Shown here piece after piece: positions 57,805 through 64,000 of a stretch of DNA of 64,000 nt. A program made the position numbers and the translations under genes. The DNA comes from Bilabrum cf. latius (lineage: Eukaryota). The stretch spans positions 930,001 to 994,000 of the forward strand of contig OZ237748.1 of assembly GCA_965178125.1 (NCBI GenBank). Direction: 5' to 3'. Position 1 is the stretch's first letter; each line of letters begins with the position of its first letter. The notes under the pieces are model-generated. The model was not told the origin of the DNA. It did no database searches and saw only the letters and a list, made by a program, of their open reading frames with translations.

Positions 57805-59050
57805 TCACGGCTTCTGGGACTCACGCATATACTCAAACACCTCCTCAAAATCTTCACCCGGGTATCCCTTCGGGATCAGCGGGTGTCCTGAATTACGTGA
57901 CTGTCAGATGTATTCGCGCGTGGCTTGCTGGCGCAGAATCAATGAACCCCCCAATACCTCCAGCACCCTGGCCGTGGGAAGCATGTAGGACGTGTCGATG
58001 CTTCACAGATACACCCCGTTGTCCATGTCCACGAGAGCAAGATCCCCCACGCGGTCGCACTCCTCCCCCGTGATGACGAGTGCGCAATTACGTGCGTTCT
58101 TGTACTCCAGAAATCGTATGAATGCGCTCTGGTAAATTGCAGGTCGCACTTGTCCCTTAGCCGTAGAGGGATTTGGTAATACTCCCTGAAGAGCAGCTTC
58201 CCTCTGCCGAGCAACTCATTGCTCCACAAGAACTCCCCCTTGGCGGCAGGTCGCTTAGCAAGTGCCTTTGGATCGCAGTGAGGGCGATTCCCATTGATGG
58301 CTGCCTGCAGCGCAACCGTCTTGAGACCGTTGCCGAAAGTCTCGTCTTCGTCAGGACCATCCAGGTCTTCTGACCCCGTAGACCACACGATCGCATTTCC
58401 CTGCTGGTGCAGGATAACATTTCCATCCCCCTGCACACGAAGGGTATCTGCACCCGGGTCCATCAGCGAGGTAGGCACCCGCCAGATGTACTGCCCGGAG
58501 GCGCTGTCCACGATGGCCAGGTCGCCCTGTGTATCGCACCCGTCCCCCGTGATGACGAGTGCGCACTTCCCCTCGGTCCCCTTGCCCGCCGTGTTGGTCG
58601 CAAACCGTGCTTCGCCCTCTCGGTACACCACGAGGTTGCAGTCTCCCTGCATGCGCAGCTCGGCCCCCTCCTCGCCCGCCTTCAAGGCGGCCCCGGCTTG
58701 CAGCACCTGCCTTGGAGACAGCACGTCGCCGCCGGTCACTTGGTTGTATGATGATTGCAAGGCCCCAGCATCGCAATGCAAGCTATGCACGTCCTCCCGC
58801 ACCTCCAGATCGAAGTGGAACTTCCCCCTCCTGTGCTCTTCGGGCCCGTGGCTGCTGCCCCAAAGCGGCTTTCCGCCTTCGTGAAGGAGAACAGCATGGC
58901 TGTCCACCTGGGCCACAAACGTGTCAACCTTGGGTGTAAAGATAGAGGACTGCACCCGCCAGAGGTACTTGCCAGTATCCGTGTCGATGATGGCCAGGTC
59001 TCCTTGCGTGCTGCACGACGCATCCGTCATGAGAAGCGCACAGTGGTCGG
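57805..59050 (-). pseudogene. Tandem lectin paralog, inactivated
   Basis: Near-identical to 55466-56730 centrally. Frameshift at ~58090, TGG>TGA at 58003-58005, and no signal-peptide region upstream. Confidence 0.8.
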
Positions 59051-59321
59051 TCCCGTCAGTTGTGTGCCGTAGGTACGGAGGCACGTTACGAAGTGATTTA
59101 GATCGGAGAGATTGTGTAGTATTGGTCGCAAGTCCGAGCGCAGATGTGAGGCTCTCACTTGTTCGGAATTTCGGTGGCACCTGTGTTCTACAGCTGTGCC
59201 CCGATATTCTCAGTAATAATTGTCATTATGTGGCAATACACACTGGGAAGACAGGCAGGGGCAACTCCATAGGAGGTGATTCCCACTGCTTGATGTTTTG
59301 AACTGGTCCAGCGGGAGGATG

Positions 59322-62300
59322 ATCACCTCGACTCTAGGTCGGGCTGTTCACACCTGTTGCACGGATTGCATGATTGTTTTGCATTTGCTTGGAGTTGCAG
59401 GTACACTTGATGTGTTCTGCTCTCTCCATGTGCTCAAGCATCTTCGCTTGTGGCGCTGGGGAGATTTCCAGCCAAGACTGGCGTTGCCACCTCTGCGGTG
59501 CCTTCGCTGTCTTGATGCACAATTTGCATGACGTGATATAAATAATTCCATGCTGGATAGTGTTTGCTTGGTGGACTGTGCGGCTGTTGTAGTCGCTGCC
59601 GGGACTGTTGTTCTTGGCTGTCTCAAGCGGCACGCGGCAGGAGGTTGCTCACCTCGACTCTAGGTCGGGCTGTTCACACCTGTTGCACGGATTGCATGAT
59701 TGTTTTGCATTTGCTTGGAGTTGCAGGTACACTTGATGTGTTCTGCTCTCTCCATGTGCTCAAGCATCTTCGCTTGTGGCGCTGGGGAGATTTCCAGCCA
59801 AGACTGGCGTTGCCACCTCTGCGGTGCCTTCGCTGTCTTGATGCACAATTTGCATGACGTGATATAAATAATTCCATGCTGGATAGTGTTTGCTTGGTGG
59901 ACTGTGCGGCTATTGTAGTCGCTGCCGGGACTGTTGTTCTTGGCTGTCTCAAGCGGCACGCGGCAGGAGGTTGATCACCTCGACTCTAGGTCGGGCTGTT
60001 CACACCTGTTGCACGAATTGCATGATTGTTTTGCATTTGCTTGGAGTTGCAGGTACACTTGATGTGTTCTGCTCTCTCCATGTGCTCAAGCATCTTCGCT
60101 TGTGGCGCTGGGGAGATTTCCAGCCAAGACTGGCGTTGCCACCTCTGCGGTGCCTTCGCTGTCTTGATGCACAATTTGCATGACGTGATATAAATAATTC
60201 CATGCTGGATAGTGTTTGCTTGGTGGACTGTGCGGCTGTTGTAGTCGCTGCCGGGACTGTTGTTCTTGGCTGTCTCAAGCGGCACGCGGCAGGAGGTTGA
60301 TCACCTCGACTCTAGGTCGGGCTGTTCACACCTGTTGCACGGATTGCATGATTGTTTTGCATTTGCTTGGAGTTGCAGGTACACTTGATGTGTTCTGCTC
60401 TCTCCATGTGCTCAAGCATCTTCGCTTGTGGCGCCGGGGAGATTTCCAGCCAAGACTGGCGTTGCCACCTCTGCGGTGCCTTCGCTGTCTTGATGCACAA
60501 TTTGCATGACGTGATATAAATAATTCCATGCTGGATAGTGTTTGCTTGGTGGACTGTGCGGCTGTTGTAGTCGCTGCCGGGACTGTTGTTCTTGGCTGTC
60601 TCAAGCGGCACGCGGCAGGAGGTTGATCACCTCGACTCTAGGTCGGGCTGTTCACACCTGTTGCACGGATTGCATGATTGTTTTGCATTTGCTTGGAGTT
60701 GCAGGTACACTTGATGTGTTCTGCTCTCTCCATGTGCTCAAGCATCTTCGCTTGTGGCGCTGGGGAGATTTCCAGCCAAGACTGGCGTTGCCACCTCTGC
60801 GGTGCCTTCGCTGTCTTGATGCACAATTTGCATGACGTGATATAAATAATTCCATGCTGGATAGTGTTTGCTTGGTGGACTGTGCGGCTGTTGTAGTCGC
60901 TGCCGGGACTGTTGTTCTTGGCTGTCTCAAGCGGCACGCGGCAGGAGGTTGCTCACCTCGACTCTAGGTCGGGCTGTTCACACCTGTTGCACGGAATATT
61001 CCATGCTGGATAGTGCTTGCTACTTTGGCCGGGCAGTCGTGCTTGTTGTCGTCTCGACAAACTTAGCGCCCTGCCCACCGGACATTTCGTTTCGGGTTTT
61101 GCCATGCAAGTAGCAGCATGCAGCAGGAGCGCGATCACCTCGACTCCAGGTCGGGCTGTTCACACCTGTTGCACGGATTGCATGATTGTTTTGCATTTGC
61201 TTGGAGTTGCAGGTACTCTTGATGTGTTCTGCTCTCTCCATGTGCTCAAGCATCTTCGCTTGTGGCGCTGGGGAGATTTCCAGCCAAGACTGGCGTTGCC
61301 ACCTCTGCGGTGCCTTCGCTGTCTTGATGCACGATTTGCATGACGTGATATAAATAATTCCATGCTGGGTAGTGCTTGCTACTTTGGCCGGGCAGTTGTG
61401 CTTGTTGTCGTCTCGACCAACTTAGCGCCCTGCCCACCGGACATTTCGTTTCGGGTTTTGCCATGCAAGTAGCAGCATGCAGCAGGAGCGCGATCACCTC
61501 GACTCCAGGTCGGGCTGTTCACACCTGTTGCACGGATTGCATGATTGTTTTGCATTTGCTTGGAGTTGCCGGTACACTTGATGTGTTCTGCTCTCTCCAT
61601 GTGTTCAGGCACCTTCGCTTGAGCTCTGGGGAGATTTCCAGCCAAGACTGGCGTTGCCACCTCTGCGGTGCCTTCGCTGTCTTGATGCACAATTTGCATG
61701 ACGTGATATAAATAATTCCATGCTGGATAGTGTTTGCTTGGTGGACTGTGCGGCTGTTGTAGTCGCTGCCGGGACTGTTGTTCTTGGCTGTCTCAAGCGG
61801 CACGCGGCAGGAGGTTGATCACCTCGACTCTAGGTCGGGCTGTTCACACCTGTTGCACGGATTGCATGATTGTTTTGCATTTGCTTGGAGTTGCAGGTAC
61901 ACTTGATGTGTTCTGCTCTCTCCATGTGCTCAAGCATCTTCGCTTGTGGCGCTGGGGAGATTTCCAGCCAAGACTGGCGTTGCCACCTCTGCGGTGCCTT
62001 CGCTGTCTTGATGCACAATTTGCATGACGTGATATAAATAATTCCATGCTGGATAGTGTTTGCTTGGTGGACTGTGCGGCTGTTGTAGTCGCTGCCGGGA
62101 CTGTTGTTCTTGGCTGTCTCAAGCGGCACGCGGCAGGAGGTTGCTCACCTCGACTCTAGGTCGGGCTGTTCACACCTGTTGCACGGATTGCATGATTGTT
62201 TTGCATTTGCTTGGAGTTGCAGGTACTCTTGATGTGTTCTGCTCTCTCCATGTGTCCAAGCATCCTCGCTTGTGGCCCTGGGGAGATTTCCAGCCAAGAC

Positions 62301-62400
62301 TGGCGTTGCCACCTCTGCGGTGCCTTCGCTGTCTTGATGCACAATTTGCATGACGTGATATGAAATTCCATGCTGGATAGTGTTTGCTGGGTGGATTTTA
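59322..62400. repeat. Satellite-like tandem array, 326-bp unit, ~10 units, two with an alternative ~125-bp block
   Basis: Units start at ~59322, 59648, 59974, 60300, 60626, 60952 (internally deleted), 61134, 61493, 61818 and 62144. The alternative block is at ~61015-61133 and ~61374-61492. Confidence 0.95.
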
Positions 62401-62536
62401 GGGCGGCTATCGTCGTCGCTGCCAGCACCTTGTCATCGTACTTTCGTCACAATGTTAAAAGTACTCACTACAAGCTAAATCAGAGCATATCTGTGGTCGC
62501 GACGTCACGGTCGCGACGTCACTCACTCAGGTCGAC

Positions 62537-64000
62537 ATGGTTGATCCCGAATTCGTTGGGGCTGTTGAGTTTTGCCTATGCTCATTACCCGATACTGCCG
62601 CTAAATTATCATCATCTCTGGTGAAGCGGATGAAGAAGCATCGCTCAAAGCAGCCCTGCTCGTACCTGTTGGATCCACAACCAGACCGCTGGCCTGAGTT
62701 TGTCGATTCCCTTCTGGACTGGGCTCAATCAGCGGCACCATCGTGAGAACGGCTGTAATTAGTGGTTTTATGCATGACCTTGCTGGTGTGCGCCTGTTCC
62801 TGCCGGGCTGACGACACCCTGGGCGCAGTTCTGGCGCCCGCCACACTCAACAGCGCCTGCCACTGTTTTGCTTCGCCAATCTGGCTTCGCCTGCTTCTGA
62901 CCCCCCCGGCTCCTCGATACCACCAGTATCCAATATTCTCTGTAGTGATATTGCAGGTGCTAGTCCGACATCCTCACTCAAATGGCCCTCGCCCTGAAGT
63001 CTTGCGAGGTGTCCAAATTTGACCGGACAAAGACGGCTCAGGGAGCGCTGCATGCCATGGCACAGGCTGTACTTATCGCACGCGGCGGGAAACCATCTCA
63101 CTAGTATGACTTCCAACGTCTCCCTTGTGCCTCGGCTCTAGCAGCTAGTTCTGATTCCCCATCAGCGGCAGCCCAGCGCTCGTTGTACTGGTATCTGCAA
63201 CAACGCCACAATCACCGGCGTGCTGTTCAGGGGTCTCGCCGAATGGACCAACTCAGCTCTTCTGACAGTGATGAGGCGCACGATGGTACCGCGGCTTCAG
63301 GTCAGACTTCTGCTGAGGCCTCTGAGGGCACTGACTCTTCGGACGAAGATGAAGATGAAGAAAGCGAGACCGAAGGTCTACCTCTCCATGGGAGCTCCCG
63401 CGCTGCACGTACTAAGAGCCCCAAGCTGACCCGTTCATTGTCCGCGGCTTCATCGGCTGAGGCAGGCAAAGCCAGGATCCGTAAGCTGCTGGGAGCACCC
63501 TCTCGCGGCTCATCCCCGGCAGCCAAAGGCCGGTGGTCGGAGGTTTATGAGGCGGCTAGTAGGGAGTCCGTGACTACGGCTCCCCCTACCTCGCTCACTC
63601 GGCTATTCGGAACAGCCCTGGACAGTAGTCACCGTCGTGCTCTCGAGGACCTTCACGCAGCAATCGTTCGTCATGCCCAGGCCTCTGCCGGCAAGCCGAA
63701 GGGTCTCACTGACGTTCAGAGCCAACTTGCATCGTTAACTTCAGACATTGTGGCCTTGCAGCTCGATCCTGCCATGGATGGCATTGACTACCTCCGTGTG
63801 GTGACCGGAAAACTGGCTGAGTACGCCTACGCGTTCTATGGGCGCAGTGTGACGATCGACGATGAGGGCCGCTTCCATGAACGTCGGTCTTCATCCAAGA
63901 CGTCACCACCGAGCTACCAGGAGTTCAGTACCCAACTGCAGGTGCGCCTCGGCCGCGTCGCCCGTAGTCTAGAACACGTCTTGACCGACGTGAAGGACCT
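62537..64000 (+). CDS. Hypothetical protein, runs off the window end
   Basis: Exon 62537-62742 joins in phase to 62957 through a GTGAG...TTGCAG intron. The frame then stays open to 64000 except TAG at 62961 and 63102. No domain recognised. Confidence 0.6.

Noticed and set aside
58003-58005. UGA=Trp (TGA opposite TGG in the lectin paralog)
   Set aside because: It lies downstream of a frameshift in a 5'-truncated copy, and TGA is the normal terminator elsewhere.
13913-62400. CRISPR arrays (76-, 74- and 326-bp repeats)
   Set aside because: Head-to-tail units without unique spacers, no cas genes, eukaryotic context.
59334-62428. Repeated 92-99-aa ORFs in the 326-bp array as genes
   Set aside because: The unit length is not a multiple of 3. 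Even with TAG read-through the frame hits TGA within two units, and most starts are non-ATG.
3-64000. TAG codons as pseudogene lesions or RIP-like CpA>TpA mutation
   Set aside because: Random decay would also give TAA, TGA and frameshifts, and RIP would turn CAA into TAA. The long frames contain only TAG, while true relics here (16715, 57805) do show TGA and frameshifts.

Overview
Eukaryotic, protist-like nuclear DNA: about 17 protein-coding genes with spliceosomal GT-AG introns (donors mostly GTGAG/GTAAG, acceptors mostly (T/C)GCAG), several gene relics and tandem arrays. I saw no RNA genes or CRISPR array. The supplied ORF track is misleading because TAG appears to be a sense codon, most likely Gln. 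About 50 in-frame TAGs (hand count) sit in otherwise intact frames, including a kinase domain, ankyrin exons, a lectin QxD motif and a poly-Q run. No intact gene has an in-frame TAA, and genes end almost always in TGA. A second unexplained layer is the 12-mer GTGTGACGAGTG, with about 39 exact copies on both strands and in all six reading frames, mostly inside coding sequence, plus a recurring palindrome GGTTGCAACC. Recognisable genes: NOP56; a roughly three-fold expanded farnesyltransferase/GGTase-I alpha subunit; an ankyrin/coiled-coil/PINK1-like kinase; four other ankyrin genes that share a dispersed C-terminal cassette; a small 4-TM family; a secreted bulb-type-lectin-like protein with a pseudogene copy; a 1748-aa type II membrane protein; and a pogo-like transposase relic. 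All gene models were built by eye and domain calls rest on remembered motifs, not searches.
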